Shown here piece after piece: positions 26,201-39,292 of a stretch of DNA of 64,000 nt (the first letter of the stretch is position 1; each line of letters starts with the position of its first letter). The position numbers and the translations under genes were made by a program. The notes beneath the pieces are model-generated. The model was given only the letters and a program-made list of their open reading frames with translations, was not told the origin of the DNA and did no database searches. This stretch comes from the human T2T-CHM13v2.0 reference genome, Homo sapiens. Location of the stretch: NCBI RefSeq assembly GCF_009914755.1, contig NC_060935.1. One strand, written 5' to 3'.

Positions 26201-29200
26201 GAGGTTTAGCAAAGTGAAGAAATCCAGGAAGCATCAGAATGCAGTTTAGAATCCAAGTTTGTGTGTCTACAAAGACTGCCACCCTCTACTCGGCACATTC
26301 CAGCAACGGCTTGAGCTCAGGCAGAGGGTGAGACAGTACCAGGCTTCGGATGACCATCTGGAGAAGGTGCCTGCAGAGGTGGCTGCAGCCAGGTCACGCT
26401 GAGCCTGGAGTGCCTACACCATGTACCTGTGCTTATTAATAGGCACTGGTGAGCCTGGGGAGGTTTTTGAGCAGAGGAGTGGCAAACCTGGACCTGAGCT
26501 GTAACATCAGTGGGTAAAATGGAATGGGCTGAGAGGGTGGACGTTCACAGGCCATCACCATGGTCTGAGAGACTGCAGCTCTTCGGGAGAGGTGACAGGG
26601 CGTGTGAGAATGTGTGAGCCACTGCCTCCCTGTCGGGTGTGGGAGATTATATATGTGTGAGGAAGGGAACGTGTGTGAGAGTGTAAGTGCACCCGTGATT
26701 GCATGGAGGGGCTCTTCCTATGGAGGAAGAAAGTCGCAGGGCCTCCTGGTAGGATGTGGACATGAGGTGGACAGTAGGGGAGAGGAAGGAACAGGACAAG
26801 CCCATTGATCTACCTGAGCAGGAGGGCTCCAGCAAAGGAGAAACCTCAGAAGCCCACAGGGCCTGCCTGACATATGAGGGGAACATTTATTAAAAGGATG
26901 AACGAGGGAGTTTGAAACCTTAGCCTCTGGTCTCTCAGTGTGGGCCTGGCTTTGTCCTCCAGCTGCGTGGGGGTCACTGTTATTCTAACTACACCCCTTC
27001 ATCCTTGGCCCTCTCTGCCCACATCAGATATTCTGAGCTGGGGCAGCCCCATTCCCATGGCCCCAGCCTGGTCCGTGGGGGCCCAGCCCCTTTCCCAGGC
27101 TGTGTGCTCCCTCCCACATCTTTGTAACAAACATGTTCCTGCGCAGCCTACAAGCTGGCTTCATCCCTTCCCAGGTCGGGACCTCTCCCTCCCCGGATTC
27201 TGGAGCAGAGATGATGCTGCCAAATTGGTTCCATGCTTTTGTTTCGGCCGGAGATGTCCTGCCTCTCATCAGGGACGGTGTCAGAGCACTGTGTTCCCGA
27301 CCGGCCCCTCTCGTTGCAACTCTCCAGCTGGCCAGGGGTTCTCCCTGCAGAAGATTTCATGGACCTCCAAAATGACAGCCCAGTCCTCTCCAGTTGTCTC
27401 TTCCAGAGAACAACTCTTTAAAGAACCCCCCCCAACCGCCGCCCGCCTCCAGTGTGCAGCCTGGTAGAAAAGGCCAGGTAGACCACAGCATCCAGGAGGA
27501 GGTGGCTCCCTCAGCCCTAAAGAAAAAAACTTGGTTTCAGCTTCTAGGGCACCTTCTGCCACACTGGGTGAAAAGGAAACTTTCTCCAGGGTAACCAGAG
27601 CCCAGCCCCTTCCTGCTCAGCTCAGCTCAGCTGCAGCCCTGTATTATGAAATAATGAGTACTATTTGGTACCTGGAGAGAAAAGGGATCTCTTTCAAGAT
27701 TGTATAATCCACACAAATTTAGAGGAAGACATGCCTTGGAAATCATGAGTCTAAACCCCACTATTGACAGATGCGGAAACAAAGGTCTAAAATCCGAAAG
27801 GCTTTCAGTTGCTGAAGAGCAGTCCAAGCCATTTCTGGATTTCACCAGAAGCCCAGTTTGCATCCAAAGGGATATTTGTGCAATGAACGCATTTGCCTTT
27901 CGGTAGCACGGAAGCTCAGGGGGAGAGCTGGGGCTAGAACCCGGCCTTTCCACAGCAGGCTCCCTGCCTCCTTGGGGCTGTGCCTTTCTTGACTGGTTTG
28001 CTTCCCTTAGGGTGCTCAGAAGGTGATTTGTTCGAAGGTGAATATTGGGGGGCTGCCTGGCACAGTCTGCCATCCAGATGGCGGCCGACTAAGTCCAACA
28101 AGGTTGGGAGGAAGAGAGGAGGTGCTCTTATTTAGGGGAGATTTCGGTGGGTGGACTCCCCCGAGGCTGTCGGGAAATTTCCAGGGTCTAGGAAACTGCC
28201 CTTTCTCCCCCATCTCCTTGCCACAGCTTCCAGCCTCGCCTTCCAAGAAAACATAGTGAAGCAGGCTCCTCGGTTGTACCCGCCCACTAAGGGACCCTCA
28301 CTTTGGAAGGGCGTCCCAGTCACCAGCCGACCAAAGGCTCTCCCTCCATAGGTTTCCATCAACCCACCATCTCTGATGGTGACTGAGAAAAGAAAGCAAG
28401 GGTTGCAGGACAGGCAGTGTGAAGGCCAAAATCCTGGCCGAGGAGTTAGAAGGCCTCAGCGACTACTGGCCACGTGACTGCTGAGCCTCAGTTTCCCCCA
28501 CTGTGTTCCCACTGGATGCTCCCTCAAGGCCTCTTCCGGCTCTGAGAAACCTAGGATTCCGATGTCAGGGATTGTGTCTCCCTCCTCACCTTCATGTCCC
28601 CAGCAATTAATACACAGTAGACACTTAAAACAGTTCTTTGAATGATTGAATGAAATCGGTCCTCAGGTCAGTCTGAAGATCCGATGGAAGCCAGGAAGGA
28701 AACGCTTCCCCCAGGCGCCTACCGTCTGTCAACCATAGAAGCCACACGTCTTGGGAGAACCCTGGCAAGCCTAGAGCCCTTTGCACACCCGCTTCCTCTC
28801 CTAGATGCACAGATCTGTTTGGAGGAGCCAGGGGGGAAGCAGGAAAACGTGCCAGGAAGAGAGGGTGGCCTGAACCCCAGGCAACGGCGGGTAGCCCTAA
28901 CTTTCGCTTTCTTGACTCCTGTGGCCCCTCTCCTTCCCTCTTTCTGGTTTCCCTCCCCTTCCTGCCTCCCTGGCCTGGCCTCCTTGGCTTTCCTGGGACA
29001 GTAACCACTTTTCCTTCTCTCCTTTGTTAGGGCTCAGAGCCTCCGATGGTCCCAGAGCTGGCCTGATCCTCTGCTGGTGAGGATGACTCCCAGAGCCGCA
29101 GGCTTTCTCTGGGTCAGGGAAAAGAGCAGCGGCAGTGGAGAGATTGAAATTCTGGTCAGTGCCCAGCCTCTGGAGCCCAGCACCTGGGAATGGCTCTCGT

Positions 29201-29495
29201 TAACACCTGGAGCTCCGGACTGGGGCTTTGAGGAGGAGGGAAAAGGGCTGCGCCCACTCTTTATCCAACCTTCCCTTCCAGGTTTAGGGAAGGGGCTCCT
29301 CTTTTGAGGGAATCTGGCAGTGCCTTTCCCTCCACCTTTCTCTGCAGGGTTCCCAGGGAGATGTTAGGGTTTTCCTTCTGGGCTTCCTGAGCCTCCATCT
29401 CTTCCCCTCCACACCCCTAGGGAGGTGGCTGGATAAGGAAGGAAACTGCCCTCTCTCTCCCCTGCCTCAGCCCAGCCTGAGACTTATTTAGATGT

Positions 29496-29735
29496 ACTGT
29501 GTGTGTGTGTGTGTGCATGCACAGTGCGCATGTAGGGTGTCAGTGTAGCATTGTAGGTGGTGTGTGGTGGTGCGGTATATATGCGGTGTGTTTGGTGTGT
29601 ATGTGTGTATAGGTATGATGTATATGTATGTGTGGTGTGAGTGTGAGGGTGTGTTGATTGCGTAGTGTGGTATATGTCTGTATGTGTTTGTGGTGTTGGT
29701 GATGTGCAGTGTGTGTGAAGTGGGTGGTGTGAGTA
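29496..29735. repeat. Degenerate (TG)n-rich low-complexity tract
   Basis: Read directly. Confidence 0.9.
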
Positions 29736-30759
29736 AGGGGCCACTGCAATTGGGTGTAGGAGCCAGATATCTAGGTCTCCTAGCCAGGGATAACCAGTAT
29801 CTAGGCAACCATATTGGGGGGAGGGGAGGAGATATGGAGGTGAGGAATGGGCAGGAGAAAGAGGGAGGCTGAGAAATGGAGGAGTTTCCATGGCAACGAC
29901 CAGGCAAGTCACGTGCAAAAGGCTAAGTTGCGGACGTAGACATACACATCCATAATATGAGGGTGGCTGGATCCCCAAAGGGGGCTCCTTTCAGAGAGGG
30001 CCTGAGATGCCCACTGATCCATCTTCAAAGCTGGAAATCTTAGCCCAGCCAGACAGCACGAAGCCACAGAGACAAAGGAAGTAGTGGCAGAGAGCACACT
30101 GGTGGGGAGAAGCCTCCAGTAGCCACGGTCCCGCGAGCGTGCAGGCTTGCAGCAGGTGACGCGGCAGACCCATGTTTCCAGCGAGGCTGCTCCCAGCTCC
30201 CACCCTCGGGTGCCTCCTCTACCAGCCACCACTTGTAAGAGCCAGAAGCCAGCGCTGGGAGCTCCAGGCTGCACACCCAACTCTCCACGGAAGCCCGGGA
30301 GACACAATAGGGGAGGCTCTGCCAGGGCCAGCCCTGCTGGGGAAAGGGGGCAATGGCGGACCCCAGGGCCCCCCGGAAAGGAAACAGGATTGGATGGATA
30401 AGACAAGAAGGAGGGAAAAAATGATGCACTCTCATGAATCCCCGAGCGCTAGAATCCTTCTTTCCCTGCGCCCCCATCCTGTGCCCACTGCCCAGCCCCA
30501 CCTTCCCCAAGCACCAAACCAGCAAGTTCCATTTTGTGTCGCTCATAAGTCCACACTCACACCCAGCCACACGCCCTCGTCCGTAATTCCCCACGCTCCA
30601 CCAAGTGTCCACAGCTTCCAAGTAACAAAGGGAAAACTCCTCATGGATAAAGGGTGGGCGCAGCCCTTTCCCCTTCTCCTGAAAACCCTGACCCCAAGCT
30701 CAAGGCAGCACCGAGAGCAATTCCCAGCCACCAGCGTCACCCCCAGCGCCACAGCCTGC

Positions 30760-31430
30760 CTCCCCTAGAGGCTCCTCTCTCTTCCGACGCCGATCTCCTT
30801 GTTTACATCCCCAGCCCGGTTTCCCGCTGCCCAGGCGGGGACCGCGGCGCAGCTGACCGCGGAGGACCGCACACACCCACTGAACACACAAAACCCGGCG
30901 CTCCCGGCGCTCCAGAGATCGGTCCCCACCGAGCCTCGCCCCTCCTCGGAAAAAGGAGCCAACTTTGCCCACCTCCCCAGCCGCCTACCTGCACAGCCGG
31001 TCCCCTCCGAGACTCCCAGGAGGACCCGCCGAGTCCCGAGGAGCCTGGGAGTGGCGGGGCTGGGGGCAGGGCGGTGGGTGAGGCTTGAGCTGCTTTCCCG
31101 CCTCCCCTCCTCCTAGGAGTCGGGCTGGCTGGGAGGCGCGTCCTGCGGGGGCGGGGGGGGGGCTCGCTCGGGGCTGGGCTCGGGGACAGCCCACTCCGTG
31201 CTGCCGTCCGCTGGCTTCTGGGTAGCGGCCGCGCGCAGACCCCCTCTCCTCCTCTCCCTGTCCGTCCTCCCGCTCTGTGCTCGCGCGCGTCCTCTGCTCC
31301 TCTCTCCTCTCGAGGGGCGGAGAGATTTTTCCAAAGGGCAGTCAAGCTCCGAGAAGCAACAGGAGACTGCCGCCGAGGAGGCGTGCAAGCGCCGGAGCGG
31401 ATTTGCCATCAGCTGTTGCTTTTCGGTTTC
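30760..31430. promoter_or_regulatory. FXYD6: CpG island / GC-rich promoter of FXYD6
   Basis: Sharp rise in CpG density (accgcggcgc, gcggccgcgcgc, gctcgcgcgcgt), GC boxes, no obvious TATA. Confidence 0.9.
30989..31300 (-). other. FXYD6: FXYD6 non-coding exon 1 (5'UTR; 5' end approximate; shared with FXYD6-FXYD2 read-through)
   Basis: Lies in the CpG island. Minus strand ends ...ggggaccggctgtgcag|gtaggc, matching the FXYD6 mRNA junction I recall (...ctgtgcag acgccATGGAGTTG). Synteny with TMPRSS13. Confidence 0.8.
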
Positions 31431-31695
31431 CCTCTGGTTAGGGTGGGAAGGGAGCAAGACAGGCACAATGACAGACCTGGTGTCTCTCTGCAATAGTAAA
31501 CCCCGAGGAACGGAAAAATAGGAGAAAATAACCCAGCACCAGACACAGCAGCCCACGTTAATTGGGAGCCTTGGTAATTAAGGGGAATGTGCACCAAAAG
31601 CATGAATGGCTGTGTCGTGGGCGCAGGAGCCAGCTCCAGTTGTAGTTGTCATTTTCAGCTAGAGCCAGGTGGGGAGCTGGGGGGATGGTCCTTAC

Positions 31696-31880
31696 CTGAA
31701 CCATAGATCTGCTGCCTTGAACCCCCTTTTCAAGCCCCATCCACCTCTGGCCCTGCCAGGAGCAGTACCACCCCGTCCTCAGCCCAGTCCCCAAGAGTCA
31801 AAATTCATGATGACGAACTTTGAATGTGAAGATGTAAATCCTGGCTCGGCAACCCTGCCTGTGACGCGACTTGGAGCATA
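31696..31880 (-). other. FXYD6: Probable alternative upstream first exon of FXYD6 (5' end approximate)
   Basis: Near-consensus donor tatggttCAG|GTAAGG at 31696/31695, ~0.4 kb upstream of exon 1. FXYD6 alternative 5' exons are recalled, not verified. Confidence 0.55.
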
Positions 31881-34699
31881 TCTCTGCACTCAGCTCCTGA
31901 GTCTATTTCCTCACGTGGGAAAATGGTGATTAGAGACTGACCCCATGGGAGGCTTAGCTCATAGTGAGTGCTCAAGAAATTGGCTCTTACTATTAGGGGC
32001 AGAGCTTGTAGGAAGGGGCAGAGGCCAGGCACAAGTGTCAGTAGCCAGGAGCCATGCTGAGATGGAGGCTGTCCAGCCTCAGTCAAGGTGTGTGTATGGC
32101 CGAGCCGGGTGGAGGGAGGAGCTACTGAGAAAGGCTGTGATTGTCCAAGCCTAGGTAGGGCCACGGAGAGTTCCTTACAAACCCCAAGCCGGGGATGATG
32201 GGTACTGCTAGGAAGAAACCTAGCCCTGCCTCTGCTGCCCTCAGTTCTGGGCCTGTTTTCTCATTTGGGAAAATAGGGAGATGGACTAGATGATCCTGAG
32301 GTCTCTTCCAGCTCTGCCCTAGATGATCTAATTATTTTAATAAAAGGTCAGGTCTCAAAACCCCAAGGCAGGAAATATACATGAACTCAAGAAGACTTTG
32401 GAACCAGTAGGGGAACCATAAATAGCTACTGAGAAAGAGCACCCAAAAAGCCTCCCCTCAGGGGATAGTTCTGGCCCCTTAATCATGGGACCTGGCTGAA
32501 TGGATGCCACTCTGGCCCAGTCCTGAACTCCCTGGGGTTCCTGTGAATGCTAAAGCTCCTTCTCCAAAGCCAGACTCAAATCTTGCCTATTTGCATGCCT
32601 AACCCTTTGCCGTTCCTGTCTTTTCCTCTATAAACTGAGGACAGCATTCCAACTGTCGTTTTCCCTTTTCATGTATTCTAGGTGGCAGATTTAAAACCAC
32701 ATCCCTTTCTAGGCCCATGTCCTTAGGCAGGTACATTCATCCCTCCAAATGCCCTTGAATCCTGCCTTTTGGCCATCTCTCTGTGCTTTTTAGAGCACCT
32801 ACTAGTGATGACACGTCAAGCCCAGGCTTTGCAAGCCTATTTGGGAAAGGATAGTTCAGAACTCCAAAGCCAAGCCACCTTCTGGTTCAACCCCATTTCC
32901 AGCCAGAGAGTTCTGAAGTGTTTGGCCCAGTGACTTCCCAGGTCCCCCTACCTAATGCTGACCAGCCCAGGCTGCAGAGGGATAACAGGAACTAAATGTG
33001 CATGAGAAACCGCCATGGCTTAACTCTCAAATAGTGCTTCATCACGTTCCATCCAAGGGTACTGCTGGAAGAATTTGGGGTGTTACAGCTACAAAGCAGC
33101 ACGCAAGCTTGTTCTGGGGTGAGTCACATCTCCCTTCTAGCAGGAAAATAAACACATCTACCCCCTGTGAAAAATGTGGGCATTCATAAAAAGAGGTCGC
33201 CAGCTGTTCCATTCTTTCAACCACGTATGGACAGGAGGAGCTACTCTTCACTGAGACCTGGGCCAAGATCTGAGGATATACTGTGGAGAGGAAAGATGTG
33301 GTCCCTGGGTGAGATAGAGATTTAGCAAATGTTCCCATGAATAAACGTGTAATTAAAACACAGTTCAGAGCCCTGAAGATATAGCATTTGAGAAAGGTCA
33401 GGAGATGTTAAGAAGATGAGGTAAAGGAGCCAAGAATTGGGATGTCAGGGTGGGAAGATGATTCTGCCTCTGGAACAGAAGCAGTATGTGCAAAGGCCCT
33501 GAGGCAGAAGGGGCATGGTGTGAAAGGAGCCAGGGTGGGACTGGCCCAACAATTCCTGGTGATTCCAGCTTTTATCCTGGGAAGCACTGATGGGCATCAT
33601 GAAAACTGTTCTGAGCAAGAATTGGTGAGAGGTTGGGTTGGGATGTTCCTGGTGGACCCTGCAAGTCAGGGTTCAGGGGGCTGTGTGGGGGCAGCACTAA
33701 CATGAAGCTGAGAAATAAGCCTGATCCCCACTAAAGAATCCTGCTTCTTTACAAGCCCAAAGAACAAAAAAAGATCCAGGGCAGGGCTGCGCAGCCATGG
33801 AGAAAGTAGGGTAAGAAAGGGTGGAAACCATTCCTGAAATACTCCCCACCCGCCAGAACTGGAACCATGGGAAGACCTGGAGCTGGAGAGGACAGCATAA
33901 CTGCTGGGAGCATCAGGGACTGCTCTATGCTTTGAAGCTTGCTCTGGGCTAAGTAACTCACAAATGTGCAGCTAAAATCCCATCTGGAGAGGACTTGCCC
34001 TGGTCCCCTTGTATTGCAGCAAAATAGCCCTTCCGCATGTCAGTGCCCTGGTCACACAGCCACGGACAGGTCACAGAGTGACCTCCTGTGTCCTGGTCAC
34101 ACCGGACATGGAGGGCCTAAAGGGGAAATTAAAGGGGAGAGACCAGGAGTCTTAGAAGAGACCCTCACCCCTCCTAGCAGGCATCCCTTCTAGTGGGGTG
34201 CCACTTCATCCTGGGGTGGGGCTGCAGAAGGGAGCCGATCTTGCCCACTGACTGCTACTTTGTGTCCATGCATACCCACTTGGCTTTGCACAGGTGTGAA
34301 TGTGTGTCCTCCCCACTCAGCCAAATGCCAAACCCCCAACCCCTAGGACAGAATCGTTTCCTAGCTCCTTGGCTGAAACAGCTCTGCTCACTTCCAAACC
34401 ACTCCTTGATCCTGGGTGCCTTCCTCTCTCTCCAACCTTTCTTTGTCAAACTCCTCCAACTTCTCCCTCAAGCAGCTGTGTTGAGTCCTTGGTCATCTTA
34501 TGCAGTTGCTAGACAATCTAAATCCACAACCAGGGTTTTACCACCCGCTTAGGCTTGATGAGTCCACAATCTCCAGCCCGGTCCTCTCCCCAGGAGACCC
34601 AGGCAAGTAATCCCAGGGAGTCAGCACCGCCCACTCCCAATCCATCCTCCCAGTCCACTCCCTATCCATCCTCTCACGGCTTGAAGCCGTTCCCTCTCA

Positions 34700-35480
34700 T
34701 GTCTTCTTTGAATTCATGAATGGCACTGCCCCCAATCCAGTTACCCTGCAGAACACATGCCACGCTCAGACCTCTCCCCCAGTGCCTCCTTTCCTGCCCA
34801 CCACTCCTGTTCTAGGTCAGGTCTCTGGCATCAGATTCTCACTGGTGACTCTGCCACAGTCCCCCTACCTCTAGGTAGAGTTATCTTCCCCAATACAAAT
34901 GCGATTCAAAACTTCAATGGCTCCGTATTTTCTACGAGTTAAAGTCAAAATTCTTAACACGACATTCAGCCTTTACAACCTGACACCCACCTGCCTCTCC
35001 TGCTTCATCTCGTGACCCATTCCCTGCCCTATTTCCCCCCATCACCCTCATCACTCCAATCCTTGTAAATGTCGTGTCCCAGACCAAAAGAGCCGTGCAC
35101 AGTTATCCACATACGCTGCCTGATTCCTACCCCCAAATCTTTGTTTACATAGTTTTCTCTGCTTGAAACATCCTCTGCCTCTACATCCTCTGCCTATTTT
35201 CTCTACTTACAAGAATTCTACCTATGCTGCAAAGTTAAATTCAAATATTACCTTATTAAAAATGAAAGCTGTCTTATCCATGCTGTAATTAACAGCATTG
35301 TGTCTCTACGTCTATAATTGCACTTATCATAGCCTGAACTTTGCTATGTTTACTTGCATGTGTCTGCTGCCCTAATAGAATGAGAACTCCTTAAGGTCAG
35401 ACCTGGCCTCTCACTCCACTTATAGACCCCACTATCATGTGTGGTGACCCACTTATAACTTGTTGAATTTAAGTGAATTG
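34700..35480. mobile_element. L2 fragments
   Basis: L2 3'-region-like text (tagaatgagaactccttaaggtcagacc). Confidence 0.55.
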
Positions 35481-35911
35481 TAGTTGTTGACTTGAAGGAC
35501 TCTGCCTGGTCTTGCTCCAACCAACTTCTCCACATTCATTTTGATCTCCAGCCAGCAACCTCCTGCCTTAACCAAAGGTCTTAGCCGTAAGTCTTCAGAG
35601 AGTCTTCAGAATTGGTTCCCTGAGTGCTGATACCCTGTGCCTAGACCACACTTGTGAAATTCATTAGCTTTTCTTTCTCTTGCCAAGATGAAGAGAGGAA
35701 GTAGTTGGTGCTCGAGGCCACAGCCAGAGGAGAGATGGATAGTGAGCCTCACAGGGCTGTGATCATTTCAAATGAAGGCCTTCTCCTGAATGGTGAGTCC
35801 TGGGGACCTCCCAGGCCAGACTGCCTCCAGAGGAAGAGCAGGTAACCATCGCACTGACCTGGGGGATGAAAAGCAGGTATTCCCTGACTACTCACAGAGC
35901 TGTCGGGATAG

Positions 35912-36398
35912 GGTGGCAGACACTGCTCGGTCCCTAGCCAACTTCGGTTCTCTTCTTTTTCCTTTCTGTCAGAACATTTTTTCTAACTGAGCAGCAGTAT
36001 GCTCAAACTACTCATTTTCTCAGACTCCTTTGCAACTCTGGGTGTCCATATGACCCAGTTCTGGCCAAGGAGATTAGAACAGCATTGCTCCAAGAAAAAT
36101 ACAGTGGTATGTTTCTTTTGCCCTCCGCCCTTTGTTCTTTCCTGTCTTCCTCCTCCTCATTCTTCTTCTTTGTCAGAAACATGGATGTGATGCCTGGAGA
36201 TGAAGCAGCCATTTTGCAACCATGAAGAAAATAAGTATTTGAGTAAGGATGGCAGGACAAGAAGCTGTAAGAGCCGTCAACAACATCTGAATGGCTTCAT
36301 CCCAGATTCCTTGTTATGTGAGCAAATTCAACTCCTATTACATAAAGTGACTGTAGCTGGTTTTCTGTTCCATACAGCCAATACAAGCCTAACTGATG
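35912..36398 (+). mobile_element. Old MLT1 LTR
   Basis: catatgacccagttctggccaagg...gatgtgatgcctggag...gcagccattttgcaaccatga. Confidence 0.65.
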
Positions 36399-38489
36399 TA
36401 CGTGGGTTGGAACAGCTGGGGAGGACAGGCTTTCATCCTGAGAAAGCAGAAATTCAGCACAAGTCCTTCTCCTCTAAAAGTGCTTGACCTGCCACTTGCA
36501 GCCCAGTAACACACACCTGACACGTACCCACACATCAGAAGAATAAACACCGGCATCCCTCTTCATAGAATGGGTCCTGCACAGTCCGTTTCCTTACTTA
36601 GATACCTTTATATCAGGATCTTGATTTTGGGGAAAGGGAGAAAGCAAAGGCAGTCAGAGTGAGGGAAGTCTGAAATAAAATTTCACTCTGTCTTCCCGCA
36701 GGAAAACCATAACATATGTAAGGAAAAAGCATTATTCTAGGCATGCCAAGACACGAATGAGATTTGTTTCTAAGTGAAAAATCCACCCCAATCCCATTAG
36801 TCTAGAGAACCAATTGCTGCCTGATTAACTTAAACTTGTCTGTTAAGTGTGAAATGTCACCTCGAGGTGCGGATCTCTAATTATGAACACGCATCTTCCA
36901 GAAGCTGTTGGTGATCCAAATCGGAGCACATGACCACTCCTCCCCCAAGCCCCTCCTCTCTGCAAATATGCACCCATTTGTCTTTTCCCAGTGAATGCAA
37001 ATGGGAGAAAAACGGAGCAATGTTGCCCTTTGGAGATAATGACATTGGAAATTCAAGACATAATGGCTCCCTAGACAAGACCAGAATAGCTTCATATTTC
37101 TGCTTTCCTGTTGCACCGAGAAGCTGACAGCCTGTTAGCATAAGCAGGCGCCTGAACTCCCCGCCCCTCCCTGAGTGCTTGGAGCCAGCGTTCGTGGGGA
37201 GAGGCACCTGTTTATCATATACTTTCTTCCAGCCCACTGGCTCCAGGCTCAGAACAGAGGCTGTAGCTGAGTTTTTAAGCAAGGAGGAATTGTAGGGACC
37301 CAGTAGCCACCTCCATTCAGTCTGGAGAACAGCTTTGCAACTAGACAATAACCCACTAGCCCAATCATGTCTACTGGGCAAATAAGACTGATTTGAATCC
37401 ACTTATTCTCTTTGGAACCTCCCACTCCCACCTCCACCCCAAAGCCTGAACTGGAGTTTAGACAAACAATGAAAATGATTTGGGGCTGGTAGATCATTGA
37501 ACTTGTTTATAAGAGAAAAAGTCACATGAAGCCTGCAGTCTAACTGCCAGGAGGGTAGAAAGGACCTTCCCTGTAGGGAAAATTCAGTGCCTATAGACAA
37601 ACTTGGATTTCTTCCAAGGAAGGTATAACAGTGGCCAGAGGCCTGGCGTCCCAGGGCTGTGCCTGGCCTTTCTTGGGGAAGCAGCTCATTTCTGATGACA
37701 TTGGGTGCCCAAGTGGAGCGCTGGGCAGGTCAGCAGAACACTGTGGCCATAGAGGCACTGTCTCTCTTGTCTGTTTCTAATGGACTCCTAGGTCCATTGA
37801 CTTCTCCACGCTCCCAACCCTCCTGTAATTTAATGATCTCTTTGATGATACTGTTAGTGTAATTGCTCCTCAGACCAGAAGCATGTTTGATGTCCACCAT
37901 TTGAAATGTTACCTCTATTGATTTTTACTTTTCTTACCTTGTAAGGACCTTAGATATGGCCGGTGGGAGGTGCTGGCTGTAAAACACTGACTATTCCAGC
38001 CACTTATTATTTATTATTAAACATTTATAGAGCCCTAAAACACATCTTCCACATCTTCCCGGCACATTGTTAAAAAGAGAATGCGCAGTTATCTTCTTAA
38101 GTTTAGCTTGGAACTTTCTAATTAGGAATCAGGAGAAGGGATGTAATGACTCAGCCCCAAGAGTTGGCTAAGTTGTTTACTTTTAGATGGCAAGTAACCT
38201 GAGGATGGGAAAGCTGTCTGGCTGGTGTTTTTAACCCTCTCCCTCCCCTCCCCCCATGTCAATATAATGGGTGTATGATGAATATTTGTTGAATGCAAAA
38301 GATAGGAATGATATAGACAGAGAAAACCAAGATGCATCAATAATTAGTCCCCCATCAGCCTTGGGGGCAACCTGGTGCTGCTCATCATCTGACAGCAAGG
38401 AGAAAGGGGGAGGTGGGACCAGACTTCCCGGGACGTGGTTCACAGACCTTGAGCACATCAGACTAATCTGGAAAGTGTTTTTAAAGTTG

Positions 38490-39292
38490 TGATCAGTTAT
38501 ATTTCCAAAGATGGCCTCAGCAATAGGTCCTCCTCCCTTGTGCTCTTCTGCAATGAAGCTTTGCCACTGCTTCCACTGAGAGAGGGGTCTGTTTCCTCTC
38601 TCTTTCAATCTGGGCTGGCTCTGTGACTTGTTCTGAGCAACAGAAAGAGGCAGGCCTATCATTGTATAACTTTTAACTGGGCCTTAAGAAACCTGCAACT
38701 TCTGCCTTCACTGTTTGAATGCTGCCTCTTAAGTCAGACTAGCCTGGCGCGGTGGCTCACGCCTGTAATCCTAGCACTTTGGGAGGCCAAGGCGGGCGGA
38801 TTGTCTGAGCTCAGGAGTTCCAGACCAGCCTGGGCAACACGGTGAAACCCCATCTCTACTTAAATAGAAAAAAAATTAGCTGGGTGTGGCGCATGCTCCT
38901 GTTGTCCCAGGTACTCAGAAGGCTGAGGCAGCAGAATTGCTTGAACCTGGGAGGCAGAGGTTACAGTGAGCCAAGATTGTGCCACTGTACTCCAGCCTGG
39001 GTGACAGAATGAGACTCCATCTCCAGCAAAAAACAAACAAACAAACAAACAAACAAGAAGTCAGACTACCATACTGGGGAGAGAGAGACCATGTGGGGAG
39101 AGACCTGAAGTCTTCTGGGACATTCCCAACCCAGCTCTCAGCTGAAGGCAGCCTCTCCAGCTACCTTGACCAGAGACTACACAGCCGGGCCTTGCCTAAT
39201 TCCTAACCCTCAGAAATCAGCGAGTTCGTTGGTTGTTTTTTTAAATGCAAAATCGGGAGGCATTTTGTTGTGCAGCAGCAGATGACTAAAGC
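38490..39292 (+). mobile_element. MLT1 LTR interrupted by an Alu
   Basis: ccaaagatggcc...ctgggctggctctgtgacttgttc...gttgtgcagcagcagatgactaa. Confidence 0.65.
38742..39057 (+). mobile_element. AluS with (AAAC)n tail
   Basis: Perfect TSD aagtcagacta at 38731-38741 and 39058-39068. Confidence 0.93.

Noticed and set aside
29484-29978. His/Thr-rich ORFs
   Set aside because: Translations of the (CA)-rich low-complexity tract.
30040-31556. Several 130-200 aa ORFs over the CpG island
   Set aside because: GC-rich DNA is poor in stop codons; the overlapping ORFs on both strands are low-complexity Pro/Gly/Arg with no recognisable domain.
34055-34075. ccacggacag, resembling the REST/RE1 core
   Set aside because: The left half-site TTCAGCA is missing.
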